A stretch of DNA of 48,360 bases, from NCBI GenBank assembly GCA_035462845.1, contig DATHTV010000119.1:1-48360 (forward strand), given 5' to 3'. Below the pieces are notes generated by a model. The model was not told where the DNA came from. It saw only the letters and a list, made by a program, of their open reading frames with translations, and made no database searches. Below, one piece after another: positions 7,134 through 16,635 of this stretch. Every line of letters begins with the position of its first letter. The stretch's first letter is position 1. The DNA is from Jiangellales bacterium (GTDB lineage: Bacteria > Actinomycetota > Actinomycetes > Jiangellales > Jiangellaceae). Position numbers and translations under genes: made by a program.

Positions 7134-8656
7134 TGCCGGAGCAGATCGACCCGGAGTTCCTCGCCCTGCCGATGCGGGCGGTCGCCGACGCGGCGCTGCA
7201 GCGGGCCCGCGACCTCGGCGTCGACCACGCGGACGTCCGGGTGGAGCGCATCCGCACCCAGCGCCTGTCCCTGCGCGACGGCCGGCTGGAGGGCAGCCAC
7301 GACGGCGAGGACGTCGGTGTCGCGGTCCGCGTCGTCCACGACGGCTCCTGGGGCTTCGCCTCCGGAGTCGACCTGACGCCCGAGGAGGCGGTCCGGCTCG
7401 CGTCGGGAGCCGTCGACGTGGCGCGGGTGGCCCGCTCGATGAGCGCCGAGCGCGTGGAGCTGGCTGCCGAGCCCGTGCACCCCGACGTCACGTGGGTGTC
7501 CGCCTACGAGGCCGACCCGTTCGCCGTCCCGGACACCGACAAGGTCGAGCTGCTCGCCGACCGATCCCGGGCGGTGCTCGCCGACCCCCGGGTCGACCAC
7601 GTGACCGCCTCGCTCGAGGCGGTCAGCGAGGGGAAGTTCTATGCCGACCTCGCCGGCACCACGACCACCCAGCAGCGGGTCAGGGTGCACCCGGTGCTCG
7701 AGGCGCTGGGTGTGGACAGCGCGCGGGGCCGGTTCGACACGATGCGGACGCTGGCCGCACCCGCCGGCCGCGGGTGGGAGTACGTCACCGGCGCAGACCG
7801 TGTCGTCGACTGGGACGCCGAGCTGGCGCCGCTGCCGGAGCTGCTGGCCGAGAAGCTCGCCGCGCCCGGCCTGCCGGCCGGGGACTACGACCTGGTCGTC
7901 GACCCGTCCAACCTGTGGCTGACGATCCACGAGTCGGTCGGGCACGCGACCGAGCTCGACCGCGCCCTCGGGTACGAGGCCAACTACGCCGGCACGTCCT
8001 TCGCGACGCCCGACCGGCTCGGGAGCCTGCGCTACGGGTCCGGCGTCATGCAGGTGACCGGGGACCGGACCACCCCCCACGGGCTGGCCACCATCGGGTA
8101 CGACGACGAGGGCGTCGCGGCGCAACGCTGGGACCTCGTCCGAGACGGCGTGCTCGTCGGGTACCAGCTCGACCGCCGGATGGCCCGCATGATGTCGGGC
8201 CCGCTGGGCAGCGGCCGCTCCAACGGCTGCGCGTTCGCCGACTCCGCCCGCCACGTCCCCGTACAGCGGATGGCCAACGTGTCGCTGGCGCCCGCCGACG
8301 GAGGACCCGCCACCGAGGAGCTGGTGTCCCGGGTGGACGACGGGCTCTACGTCGTCGGGGACCGCTCGTGGTCCATCGACATGCAGCGCTACAACTTCCA
8401 GTTCACCGCCCAGCGCTTCTACCGCATCCGCGACGGCCGGCTCGCCGGCCAGGTCCGCGACGTGGCGTACCAGGGCAACACGCTGGAGTTCTGGGGGTCC
8501 ATGGAGGCGGTCGGCGGTCCGCAGACGTGGGTGCTCGGCGGCGCCTTCAACTGCGGCAAGGCCGAACCCGGCCAGGTGGCACCGGTGTCGCACGGGTGCC
8601 CGACCGCCCTCTTCCGCGGCATCCGCGTCCTCGACACCTCCGGGGAGGCCTCGTGA
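7133..8656 (+). CDS. tldD: TldD-family metalloprotease
   Basis: 507 aa with the HESVGHATELD (HExxxH) motif and TldD/PmbA-like GxC..F motifs near the C-terminus. Confidence 0.9.
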   Translation: MPEQIDPEFLALPMRAVADAALQRARDLGVDHADVRVERIRTQRLSLRDGRLEGSHDGEDVGVAVRVVHDGSWGFASGVDLTPEEAVRLASGAVDVARVARSMSAERVELAAEPVHPDVTWVSAYEADPFAVPDTDKVELLADRSRAVLADPRVDHVTASLEAVSEGKFYADLAGTTTTQQRVRVHPVLEALGVDSARGRFDTMRTLAAPAGRGWEYVTGADRVVDWDAELAPLPELLAEKLAAPGLPAGDYDLVVDPSNLWLTIHESVGHATELDRALGYEANYAGTSFATPDRLGSLRYGSGVMQVTGDRTTPHGLATIGYDDEGVAAQRWDLVRDGVLVGYQLDRRMARMMSGPLGSGRSNGCAFADSARHVPVQRMANVSLAPADGGPATEELVSRVDDGLYVVGDRSWSIDMQRYNFQFTAQRFYRIRDGRLAGQVRDVAYQGNTLEFWGSMEAVGGPQTWVLGGAFNCGKAEPGQVAPVSHGCPTALFRGIRVLDTSGEAS

Positions 8657-10050
8657 CCACGCGGCGCGCCCTGACCTCTCAGGAGGTCGTGGAGCGGGCG
8701 CTCGAGCTGTCCCGCACCGACGGGTGCGTCGTGCTGGTGGACGACGGCTCCTCGGCGAACCTGCGGTGGGCCGCCAACAACCTCACCACCAACGGCGTGA
8801 TGCGGTCCCGGTCGGTGACGGTCGTCGCGGTCGACGGCGCCGGCACGGGGGCGGCCGCAGGTGTCGTGTCCCGGAGCACCGTCACCGCGGACGGCCTCGA
8901 GCCACTGGTGCGGGCCGCCGAGCGCGCCGCCCGGGACAACGGCCCGGCCGAGGACGCCCGGCCGCTGGTGCCGGCCCGGGCGGACGACGGCTGGGCCGAT
9001 CCGCCGGGCGAGACGTCGATCCGGGCCTTCGCGGAGCTCGCGCCGGCCCTCGGTGACCGCTTCGGGGTCGCCGCCGCCGGGGACCGGTTGCTCTACGGCT
9101 TCGTGCAGCACGCCGTCACCACGACCTACCTCGGCTCGTCCGAGGGGCTGCGACTGCGGCACGAGCAGCCAAGCGGCTTCATCGGCATGACCGGCAAGTC
9201 GCGGGACCTCTCCCGGTCCTCCTGGGTCGGCCGTCACTCGCGGGACATGACCGACGTGGACGTCACCGAGCTCGACGCCGAGCTGGCCCGCCGGCTCGGC
9301 TGGGCTCGCCGGACGGTCGACCTGCCCGCGGGACGGTACGACACCGTGCTGCCTCCGTCCGCGGTCGCCGACATCATGGTCTACGCCTACTGGGCCATGG
9401 GCGCCCGTGACGCCCACGACGGCCGCACCGTCTACTCCCGCCCGGGCGCCGGCACCCGCGTGGGCGAGCGGCTGTCCCGCCGGCCGGTGACGCTGTCGTC
9501 CGACCCGGCGCAGCCGGGGCTGTCCTGTGCGCCGTTCGTCGTCGCCCACTCCTCGAGCAGCCACGGCAGCGTCTTCGACAACGGGTTGCCGCTGGGTCCG
9601 GTGACCTGGGTACGCGACGGCGAGCTGTCCGCGCTCGTCCAGACCCGGCACTCCGCCGACCTGACCGGCCTGGCGGTCACCCCGGCCGTCGACAACCTCA
9701 CCCTCGAGGTGCAGGGCGCGACGGGGACCACCGACGACCTGGCCGCCGAGCTCGGGCGAGGGCTGCTGCTGACCAGCCTCTGGTACATCCGCGAGGTGGA
9801 CCCGCAGACCCTGCTGCTCACCGGACTGACCCGGGACGGGGTCTACCTGGTGGAGGGCGGGGAGGTCGTCGGGGCGGTCAACAACTTCCGCTTCAACGAG
9901 AGCCCGGTGTCGCTGCTCGACCGCGTGGTGGCGGCCGGGTCCACCGGGCCGGCGCTCGGCCGCAGCTGGGGCGACTACTTCCCGCGGACCCGGATGCCAC
10001 CGCTGCGGGTCGCCGACTTCGCCATGTCGTCGGTCAGCCGGGCGTCGTGA
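8653..10050 (+). CDS. pmbA: PmbA/TldE-family partner of TldD
   Basis: GTG 8653 overlaps the tldD stop (GTGA). Product begins VTTRRALTSQEVVERALELSRTDGCVVLVDDGSSANLRWAANNLTTNG. It has no HExxxH motif, as expected for TldE. Confidence 0.85.
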   Translation: MTTRRALTSQEVVERALELSRTDGCVVLVDDGSSANLRWAANNLTTNGVMRSRSVTVVAVDGAGTGAAAGVVSRSTVTADGLEPLVRAAERAARDNGPAEDARPLVPARADDGWADPPGETSIRAFAELAPALGDRFGVAAAGDRLLYGFVQHAVTTTYLGSSEGLRLRHEQPSGFIGMTGKSRDLSRSSWVGRHSRDMTDVDVTELDAELARRLGWARRTVDLPAGRYDTVLPPSAVADIMVYAYWAMGARDAHDGRTVYSRPGAGTRVGERLSRRPVTLSSDPAQPGLSCAPFVVAHSSSSHGSVFDNGLPLGPVTWVRDGELSALVQTRHSADLTGLAVTPAVDNLTLEVQGATGTTDDLAAELGRGLLLTSLWYIREVDPQTLLLTGLTRDGVYLVEGGEVVGAVNNFRFNESPVSLLDRVVAAGSTGPALGRSWGDYFPRTRMPPLRVADFAMSSVSRAS

Positions 10051-10978
10051 GCGAGGCCTCCGCCGCCCGGGCGGCGGCCAGCTCGGCCGCCGCCTCCTCC
10101 CGGGCGCGACGGGACGTACGGGCGTCGCCGTCGGCCTCGACACGGGCCGAGCGGGCCTCCGCCAGCTCCCGCTCCGCGACGTCGACGGCGTCCCGCGCAT
10201 CTGCGAGTCGGACCTCCAGAGCGGCCACCTCCTCGGCCGCCGCCCGCACGGCCGCCTCCGCGACGCGGGCGGCCTCGGCGGCCTCGGCGACCCGCCCGGC
10301 CACCTCGTCGTACTCCGCGGCGGCGGCCTCGGCGGCCTCCTCCGCCTCCTCGCGGCGGCGGCGCGCGGCAGCCAGCTCCTCCTGCTGACGGCGGGTACGG
10401 CGCCGGGCGAGGTCGTCATCGCTGGGCCTCGGACGAGCCGGCGCGGTCGCCCCGACCGCTGGAGAGCCCGAGTCCACGAACGCCGCCTGGACGTCGGCCG
10501 CCGCCGCCGCGCCCTGCCGCGTGACACTGACCAGACGGCCGGTCCGCAGCGCGGCGGCGGCCCGGTCGTCGGTGAGGGCGACCGTGAGGGTGGCCTCGAG
10601 GTCCCAGCCGACGCCCTCGCCGACCGGCTGGCCGGCGGCCCGCGCGGCCGCGCGGGCCCTCCGCACCAGCGAGGCGACGACGGCCCGCCGCTGAGTCGTC
10701 AGCGTGCGCAGCTCCTCGCCGGAGAGCCGCTCCTCCGCGTCGCGCAGTGCGGTCCCCAGCTCCAGCAGCGCGTCCACCTGCTCCCGCTCCGTACGCACGA
10801 GGAGGTTGGCCAGCCAGGCGGCCGTCGTCGGCTTGCGCAGCCCGCGGACCGCCTCCGCCAGCTCCCGGTCGCCGTCCTGACGAGCCTGCTTCGCACGCGC
10901 GTCGCGCGCCGCGACGAAGTCACCGGGCCGCAGCCCGTACAGCTCGTCGGCCACCGCGAGCGCGGCGCTGCCGGCCAC
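10034..10978 (-). CDS. Hypothetical protein: ~190-aa globular N-terminal part plus a ~120-aa Ala/Glu/Arg-rich coiled-coil tail
   Basis: ORF 10034..11041 is trimmed to GTG 10978, 1 nt after the gcvP stop. The C-terminal part reads EELAAARRRREEAEEAAEAAAAEYDEVAGRVAEAAEAARVAEAAVRAAAEEVAALEVRLADARDAVDVAERELAEAR. Its 3' end overlaps the convergent pmbA by 17 nt. Confidence 0.6.
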   Translation of the reverse strand: MAGSAALAVADELYGLRPGDFVAARDARAKQARQDGDRELAEAVRGLRKPTTAAWLANLLVRTEREQVDALLELGTALRDAEERLSGEELRTLTTQRRAVVASLVRRARAAARAAGQPVGEGVGWDLEATLTVALTDDRAAAALRTGRLVSVTRQGAAAAADVQAAFVDSGSPAVGATAPARPRPSDDDLARRRTRRQQEELAAARRRREEAEEAAEAAAAEYDEVAGRVAEAAEAARVAEAAVRAAAEEVAALEVRLADARDAVDVAERELAEARSARVEADGDARTSRRAREEAAAELAAARAAEASLTTPG

Positions 10979-10979
10979 G

Positions 10980-13865
10980 TCAGGACTCGAAGGCCTCGGG
11001 CGCCGGGCACGAGCAGACCAGGTGGCGGTCACCGTACGCACCGTCGATGCGCCGGACGGGTGCCCAGTACTTGTCCTGCCGGAGCGCGGGGACGGGGTAG
11101 GCCGCGGTGTCCCGGTCGTACGGGTGGTCCCAGGCCCCGGCCAGCGAGGCGGCGGTGTGCGGGGCGTGCCGCAACGGGCTGTCCGCCACCGCCCACTCCC
11201 CCGCCTCGATCCGGCCGATCTCGGCGCGGATCGCCAGCATCGCGTCGCAGAAGCGGTCGAGCTCGGCGAGGTCCTCGGACTCGGTCGGCTCGATCATCAG
11301 GGTGCCGGCGACCGGGAAGCTCATCGTCGGTGCGTGGAAGCCGTAGTCGATCAGCCGCTTGGCCACGTCGTCGACGGTCACGCCGGTGGCCTTGGTCAGC
11401 GGCCGCAGGTCGACGATGCACTCGTGCGCGACCAGCCCGCCGCGCCCCGTGTACAGCACCGGGAAGGCGTCCCGGAGACGGGCGGCGACGTAGTTGGCCG
11501 ACAGCACAGCGACCTCGGTCGCCCGGCGCAGCCCGTCCGGCCCCATCATCCGGACGTACGCCCAGGAGATCGGCAGCACCGAGGCGGACCCGAACGGGGC
11601 GGCGGAGACCGGGCCCACCCCCGTGGCCGGCCCGGCCTCCGGGAGCAGAGGGTGGTTGGGCAGGAAGGGTGCGAGGTGCGCTCGCACGCCCACCGGGCCC
11701 ACCCCCGGCCCGCCGCCCCCGTGCGGGATGCAGAACGTCTTGTGCAGGTTGAGGTGGCTGACGTCGGCGCCGAACTCCCCCGGCCGGGCCAGCCCGACGA
11801 GGGCGTTGAGGTTCGCGCCGTCGACGTAGACCTGCCCGCCGGCTTCGTGGACGACGCGGCAGAGGTCGGTGATGCCCTCCTCGTACACCCCGTGCGTCGA
11901 GGGGTAGGTGACCATGATCGCCGCCAGCCGCTCGCCGTGCTCGGTCACCTTCGCACGCAGGTCGTCGAGGTCCACGGTGCCGTCGGGCGCCGCACCCACC
12001 ACGACGACCCGCATGCCCGCCATCACGGCGGAGGCGGCGTTCGTGCCGTGCGCGCTCGACGGGATGAGGCAGACGTCCCGCTCGGCGTCGCCCCGCGAGC
12101 GGTGGTACGCACGGATCGCGAGCAGGCCGGTGAGCTCGCCCTGCGACCCGGCGTTGGGCTGGACGGAGACCGCGTCGTAGCCGGTGATCGTGGCCAGCCA
12201 CCGCTCCAGCTGGCGGATCAGCTGGAGGTAGCCCTCGGCCTGCTCGACCGGCGCGAACGGGTGGATGCCGGCGAAACCTGGCCACGTGATGGGCTCCATC
12301 TCGGTCGTGGCGTTGAGCTTCATGGTGCACGAGCCGAGCGGGATCATGCCGCGGTCGAGCGCGTAGTCCTTGTCCGACAGCCGCCGCAGGTAGCGCAGCA
12401 TCGCGGTCTCCGACCGGTGCGTCCGGAAGACCGGGTGGGTGAGGAAGTCGGAGCTGCGGCGGAGGTCATCCGGGAGGGCGTCGGCGGTCTCGGCGTCGAG
12501 GGTGGCCAGATCGCTCCCGGCGACTCCGAAGGCCTTCCAGACCGCCTCCAGGTGCGAGCCTGCCGTCACCTCGTCGCAGGCGACCCGGACGTGGTCGCCG
12601 TCGTGCCGGCCCAGGTTGACGCCCAGCTCCGCCGCTGCCGCCACCACCGCCTCGGCCCGACCGGGGACCCGGGCCAGCACGGTGTCGAAGAACGACTCGT
12701 GCACCACTTCGACCCCGCCGGCCCGCAGCCCGGCGGCCAGCACCGCCGCGTACCGGTGGGCCCGCCCGGCGATCTCGCGCAGCCCGTCGGGCCCGTGCCA
12801 CACCGCGTACATCCCGGCCACCACGGCGAGCAGGACCTGCGCGGTGCAGATGTTCGAGGTGGCCTTCTCTCGCCGGATGTGCTGCTCCCGGGTCTGCAGC
12901 GCGAGACGGTACGCGGGGGCGCCGTCGGCGTCGACCGAGACGCCGACGAGCCGGCCGGGGAGGCTGCGCTCGAGCCCGGCCCGGACCGCGATGTAGCCGG
13001 CGTGCGGGCCCCCGTAGCCCAGCGGCACGCCGAAGCGCTGGGTCGTGCCGACCACGACGTCGGCGCCCTGCTCCCCGGGCGGCGTCAGCAGGACCAGGGA
13101 GAGCAGGTCGGCCGCGACGGCCACCAGAGCTCCCCGCTCGTGCGCCGCCGCGACGAGAGGAGCGAGGTCGCGGACCCGGCCGCTGCGCCCCGGCGTCTGC
13201 AGGAGGACGCCGTAGAACTCGCCGTCGGGCAGCCCGTCGGTGAGGTCGGCGACGACCACCTCGATGCCCAGCGGCTCGGCGCGGGTCGCGACGACCGCGA
13301 GCGTCTGCGGCAGGCACTCGGCGTCCACGAGGAAGCGGTCCGGCCGGCCGCGCGCGGAACGCCGCAGCAGGGTCATCGCCTCGGCGGCTGCGGTGGCCTC
13401 GTCGAGCAGGCTGGCGTTCGCGGTCGGGAGGCCGGTGAGGTCGGCGACCACCGTCTGGAAGTTGAGCAGCGCCTCCAGCCGGCCCTGGGAGATCTCCGGC
13501 TGGTACGGCGTGTAGGCCGTGTACCAGGCCGGGCTCTCCAGGACCCGGCGGACGACGACGGGCGGGGTCACGGTGTCGCTGTAGCCCTGGCCGATCATCT
13601 GCACCATGCGGCGGTTGCGTCGGGCCATCGCCCGGAGCTCCTCCAGGGCCTCCAGCTCCGTCGCGGGGTCCGGGAGGTCCAGCCGGTCCGCGGAGCGGAT
13701 GCCGGCCGGCACCGCCTCCGACACCAGAGCCTCCAGGGAGGGCTGCCCGACCACCTCGAGCATGCGGGCGACCTCGTCGTCGTCGGGTCCGACGTGGCGA
13801 CGCAGGAAGGGCGCCCCAGGGGGGTCGGCCAGGCGGGGCAGCGCGGGCGGCGTGCGGTCGGTCAT
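10980..13865 (-). CDS. gcvP: Glycine dehydrogenase (decarboxylating), P protein of the glycine cleavage system
   Basis: ATG 13865 ([32 protein letters not shown]) is preceded by caggag. The PLP-lysine region [19 protein letters not shown] is present. About 961 aa. Confidence 0.95.
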   Translation of the reverse strand: MTDRTPPALPRLADPPGAPFLRRHVGPDDDEVARMLEVVGQPSLEALVSEAVPAGIRSADRLDLPDPATELEALEELRAMARRNRRMVQMIGQGYSDTVTPPVVVRRVLESPAWYTAYTPYQPEISQGRLEALLNFQTVVADLTGLPTANASLLDEATAAAEAMTLLRRSARGRPDRFLVDAECLPQTLAVVATRAEPLGIEVVVADLTDGLPDGEFYGVLLQTPGRSGRVRDLAPLVAAAHERGALVAVAADLLSLVLLTPPGEQGADVVVGTTQRFGVPLGYGGPHAGYIAVRAGLERSLPGRLVGVSVDADGAPAYRLALQTREQHIRREKATSNICTAQVLLAVVAGMYAVWHGPDGLREIAGRAHRYAAVLAAGLRAGGVEVVHESFFDTVLARVPGRAEAVVAAAAELGVNLGRHDGDHVRVACDEVTAGSHLEAVWKAFGVAGSDLATLDAETADALPDDLRRSSDFLTHPVFRTHRSETAMLRYLRRLSDKDYALDRGMIPLGSCTMKLNATTEMEPITWPGFAGIHPFAPVEQAEGYLQLIRQLERWLATITGYDAVSVQPNAGSQGELTGLLAIRAYHRSRGDAERDVCLIPSSAHGTNAASAVMAGMRVVVVGAAPDGTVDLDDLRAKVTEHGERLAAIMVTYPSTHGVYEEGITDLCRVVHEAGGQVYVDGANLNALVGLARPGEFGADVSHLNLHKTFCIPHGGGGPGVGPVGVRAHLAPFLPNHPLLPEAGPATGVGPVSAAPFGSASVLPISWAYVRMMGPDGLRRATEVAVLSANYVAARLRDAFPVLYTGRGGLVAHECIVDLRPLTKATGVTVDDVAKRLIDYGFHAPTMSFPVAGTLMIEPTESEDLAELDRFCDAMLAIRAEIGRIEAGEWAVADSPLRHAPHTAASLAGAWDHPYDRDTAAYPVPALRQDKYWAPVRRIDGAYGDRHLVCSCPAPEAFES

Positions 13866-14036
13866 CGGGGCTCCTGAGGCAGCGTGCACCGGTGCGGATC
13901 CCCCACTGTCGGGACGGTCGCGCACGACCGTGCCTCCAGAGTGGCCTCGCCCGGTCGGTCCTGCTGCCTGAGAGGTTGCGGGGATGCTTGCCCCTTCGGC
14001 GCCCCGGCCGGCTGCGCGGGGTCTCTCCCGTCCGGG
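13866..14036 (-). promoter_or_regulatory. Glycine riboswitch (gcvT motif) in the gcvP leader: one canonical aptamer plus a degenerate second element and expression platform
   Basis: Minus-strand RNA: CCCGGACGGGAGAG..CGCCGAAGGGGCAA..CCUCUCAGGCAGCAGGACCGACCGGG (13950-14036). This is followed by ACUCUGGAGGC, hairpin ACGGUCG-UGCG-CGACCGU, ..UGCCUC AGGAG cccg AUG. Confidence 0.8.
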
Positions 14037-14073
14037 ATCGACGGCTCGGTGCCAGCCTAACGCCGGGAGCGGG

Positions 14074-14709
14074 TCAGGCGCCCGCGACCCGCGTGCGGCG
14101 ACGCTGCGCCAGCTCGTCGCCCGGGTGCGCCTCGTCCGCGCCCTGGTCCGGACGCTCCCCGGGGAGCTGGACGAGCGTGGCCTCGACCTCGCGCCACACC
14201 CGCCCGACCGCGATGCCGAACACCCCCTGCCCGCCCTGGACCAGGTCGACGACCTCGTCCGCGGACGTGCACTCGTACACGCTCGCGCCGTCGCTCATCA
14301 GGGTGATGCCCGCCAGGTCCTCGACCCCTCGGTCACGCAGGTGCTGGACCGCCTGGCGGATCTGCGCCAACGACACCCCGGTGTCGAGGAGACGCTTGAC
14401 GATCTTGAGCACGAGCACGTCGCGGAAGGAGTAGAGCCGCTGGGTCCCCGAGCCGGAGGCCGGCCGCACGGTCGGCTCGACCAGGCCGGTCCGGGCCCAG
14501 TAGTCGAGCTGGCGGTAGGTGATGCCGGCGGCGGCGCACGCCGTCGGGCCGCGGAAGCCGACGTCGTCGGGAAGCGGGGTCACCGGCTCCTCGAACAGCA
14601 GACCCTGCCGGCCGGCGTCGGCGACGGCGTCCAGCGACGGCGCGCCGATGGTCCCGGCGCCCATCGACCCGGCACCGGGGACCCCGCCACGGGGAGTGTC
14701 ACCGTTCAC
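14074..14709 (-). CDS. MerR-family transcriptional regulator (Rv1830-like by recollection)
   Basis: Contains [61 protein letters not shown] (MerR HTH). GTG start at 14709 with an upstream GGAGG. Confidence 0.8.
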   Translation of the reverse strand: MNGDTPRGGVPGAGSMGAGTIGAPSLDAVADAGRQGLLFEEPVTPLPDDVGFRGPTACAAAGITYRQLDYWARTGLVEPTVRPASGSGTQRLYSFRDVLVLKIVKRLLDTGVSLAQIRQAVQHLRDRGVEDLAGITLMSDGASVYECTSADEVVDLVQGGQGVFGIAVGRVWREVEATLVQLPGERPDQGADEAHPGDELAQRRRTRVAGA

Positions 14710-14885
14710 GCCTTGCCTCCGTCCGGCCCGGCCCTGCGCGGCGCCTCCAGGCTGCCGCTGGGGCGACAGCCGTCGAGTTACACCGGGGGCGTTACACCCG
14801 CGACGGTATGACCCGGCCCGGTCGGGGTCAACGCAACACGCGGCGGCCCTCGACCTCGACTCGAGGTGGAGACGTACGGGTGGAG

Positions 14886-15359
14886 TCAGCCCTCGGAGCT
14901 GCCGAAGTCCTCGGGAGAGACCTGGTCGAGGAACTCCCGGAACTTCTCCACCTCGTCCTCCTGCTCGTCCGGGATGGTGATCCCGGCCTCCTCGAGGACC
15001 GGCTCCGCGCCGAAGATCGGTGTGGACGTCCGCAGCGCCAGCGCGATCGCGTCCGAGGGGCGGGCGCTCACCTCGACGCCGTCACCGAAGATCAGCTCGG
15101 CGTAGAACACCCCGTCGCGGAGCTCGGTGATGCGCACCTGCTCCAGCTGGCGACCCAGCGCGTCGAGCACGTCGCGCAGCAGGTCGTGGGTCAGCGGACG
15201 CGCGGGGACGACCCCCTGCTGCGCGAAGGCGATCGCCGTGGCCTCGACCGCCCCGATCCAGATCGGCAGGTAGCGCTCCCCGTCGACCTCCCTGAGGAGG
15301 ACGATCGGCTGGTTGGACGGCATCTCGACCCGGACACCGACGACGTCGAGCTGGCGCAC
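14886..15359 (-). CDS. Bifunctional nuclease (DUF151) family protein
   Basis: Product begins VRQLDVVGVRVEMPSNQPIVLLREVDGERYLPIWIGAVEATAIA..RPLTHDLL, which is typical of DUF151. Confidence 0.8.
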   Translation of the reverse strand: MRQLDVVGVRVEMPSNQPIVLLREVDGERYLPIWIGAVEATAIAFAQQGVVPARPLTHDLLRDVLDALGRQLEQVRITELRDGVFYAELIFGDGVEVSARPSDAIALALRTSTPIFGAEPVLEEAGITIPDEQEDEVEKFREFLDQVSPEDFGSSEG

Positions 15360-15382
15360 GGGCTCACACTACCTCCCCGGCG

Positions 15383-16114
15383 TCAGCGACCGCCGAGCCC
15401 GCGCAGGCCGCTCGTGACCAGCGCGGTGTGCAGTCGCACGGCGACCCCGGCGATCTCCCGCGCGGCCTCCTCGGCCCGGTCGCGGGAGCCCGCGCCGCGC
15501 TGGCGCAGCAACGGGGTCACCACCTGCTCGACCAGTCCGAGCTGGCGGTCCGCGGTCGTCCGGAACGCCCGCAGGTGCCGGGCCTCCAGCCCGTAGGACG
15601 CCAGCTCCCCGGCCGCCCTCGCCACGGCGACCGCATCGGCGTCGAACCAGCCGCCGGCGCGCGGCGACACCAGGCCGTAGGACTCGAGCTGGTCCAGCAG
15701 GTCCCCGTCGACCCCCGCGGCCGACGCCAGCTCCTCCCGGGTGAGCCGCACGTCGGAGGGGTCACGCCGCAAGGTCGGGACACCTCTCTCGCCGCCGTCG
15801 ACGACGGCGCGGGGCACACCCGGCCGGCCACCGGGGACGATCGGCTCGAGCCCGCGGTCGAGGGCGTCGAGATGCTCCTTGATGACGCGCAGCGGGAGGT
15901 AGTGGTCCCGCTGGCTGGTCAGGACGTAGCGCAGCCGGCCCACGTCGTCGTGGGTGAACCGCCGGTACCCCGAGGGCGCCCGCTCGGGCTCGACCAGGCC
16001 CTCGGCCTCGAGGAACCTGATCTTGGAGATGGTCACGTCGGGGAAGTCCCCCCGCAGCTCCGCCAGCACCTCGCCGATGCTCATCGACCGGCGATCGGGC
16101 AGCGCCTGGCTCAC
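15383..16114 (-). CDS. MerR-family regulator, FtsR/Rv1828-like
   Basis: Contains MSIGEVLAELRGDFPDVTISKIRFLEAEGLVEPERAPSGYRRFTHDDVGRLRYVLTSQRDHYLPLRVIKEHL. The GTG overlaps the FHA gene stop (GTGA). Confidence 0.8.
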   Translation of the reverse strand: MSQALPDRRSMSIGEVLAELRGDFPDVTISKIRFLEAEGLVEPERAPSGYRRFTHDDVGRLRYVLTSQRDHYLPLRVIKEHLDALDRGLEPIVPGGRPGVPRAVVDGGERGVPTLRRDPSDVRLTREELASAAGVDGDLLDQLESYGLVSPRAGGWFDADAVAVARAAGELASYGLEARHLRAFRTTADRQLGLVEQVVTPLLRQRGAGSRDRAEEAAREIAGVAVRLHTALVTSGLRGLGGR

Positions 16115-16635
16115 CGCAGGCCGCCCCCGAACCCGTGCTGGCTCGCGTAGTAGACCAGGCGGTACTTGCCGACCTGAACCTCGTCGCCGTTGCCCAGCAG
16201 GACCTCGTCGATCCGGTCGCGGTTCACGTAGGTGCCGTTGAGGCTCCCCACGTCGTGGACCCGGAAGCCGTCGGGGCCGCGGCGGAACTCGGCGTGCCGG
16301 CGGGACACGGTGACGTCGTCCAGGAAGATGTCGGAGTCGGGGTGGCGCCCGGCCGTGACGGCGTCGGTGTCGAGCAGGAACCGGCTCCCCGCATTGGGGC
16401 CGCGAAGCACGACGAGCAGGGCGCTGCCGGCCGGCAGGGCGTCCACCGCCGCCTGGTCGGCCGGTGCCAGGTCACCCCCCTCGTCGCGGTCGCCGTCCGC
16501 CGCGACCGCCGCCATCGTGCTGGTCGCGTCGGCCGGGGCCTCGGCCGCGGCCGCCGGCGTCAGTCGTGCCCCGCACTGGGAGCAGAACTTGGCGTCGGCA
16601 GGGTTCTCGTGACCGCACTGGGTGCAGAACGGCAT
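16111..16635 (-). CDS. garA: FHA-domain protein, GarA/OdhI-like core with an N-terminal zinc-ribbon
   Basis: The C-terminal two thirds read ALLVVLRGPNAGSRFLLDTDAVTAGRHPDSDIFLDDVTVSRRHAEFR..VGSLNGTYVNRDRIDEVLLGNGDEVQVGKYRLVY, nearly matching my recollection of GarA. The N-terminus reads MPFCTQCGHENPADAKFCSQCG. Confidence 0.85.
   Translation of the reverse strand: MPFCTQCGHENPADAKFCSQCGARLTPAAAAEAPADATSTMAAVAADGDRDEGGDLAPADQAAVDALPAGSALLVVLRGPNAGSRFLLDTDAVTAGRHPDSDIFLDDVTVSRRHAEFRRGPDGFRVHDVGSLNGTYVNRDRIDEVLLGNGDEVQVGKYRLVYYASQHGFGGGLR

Noticed and set aside
5729-8593. 954-aa minus-strand ORF antisense to the deacetylase, HAD and tldD genes
   Set aside because: The product is Arg/Gly/Pro-rich low-complexity sequence with no motifs. 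It is fully antisense to genes with clear family signatures, which is a typical GC-rich shadow ORF. The same reasoning applies to 472..1554(+), 1881..3737(+), 8419..10527(-), 11022..13877(+), 18416..21850(+), 22976..24496(+), 26428..28527(-), 30673..32823(+), 33005..34165(+), 37748..39463(+), 41781..43586(+), 44975..46894(+) and the many shorter ones.
13866-13945. A complete second glycine aptamer (classical tandem architecture)
   Set aside because: It starts with ACUCUGGAGG but lacks the CACCGAAGG.GCAA and CUCUCAGG.A cores. It is reported instead as a degenerate or ghost element.
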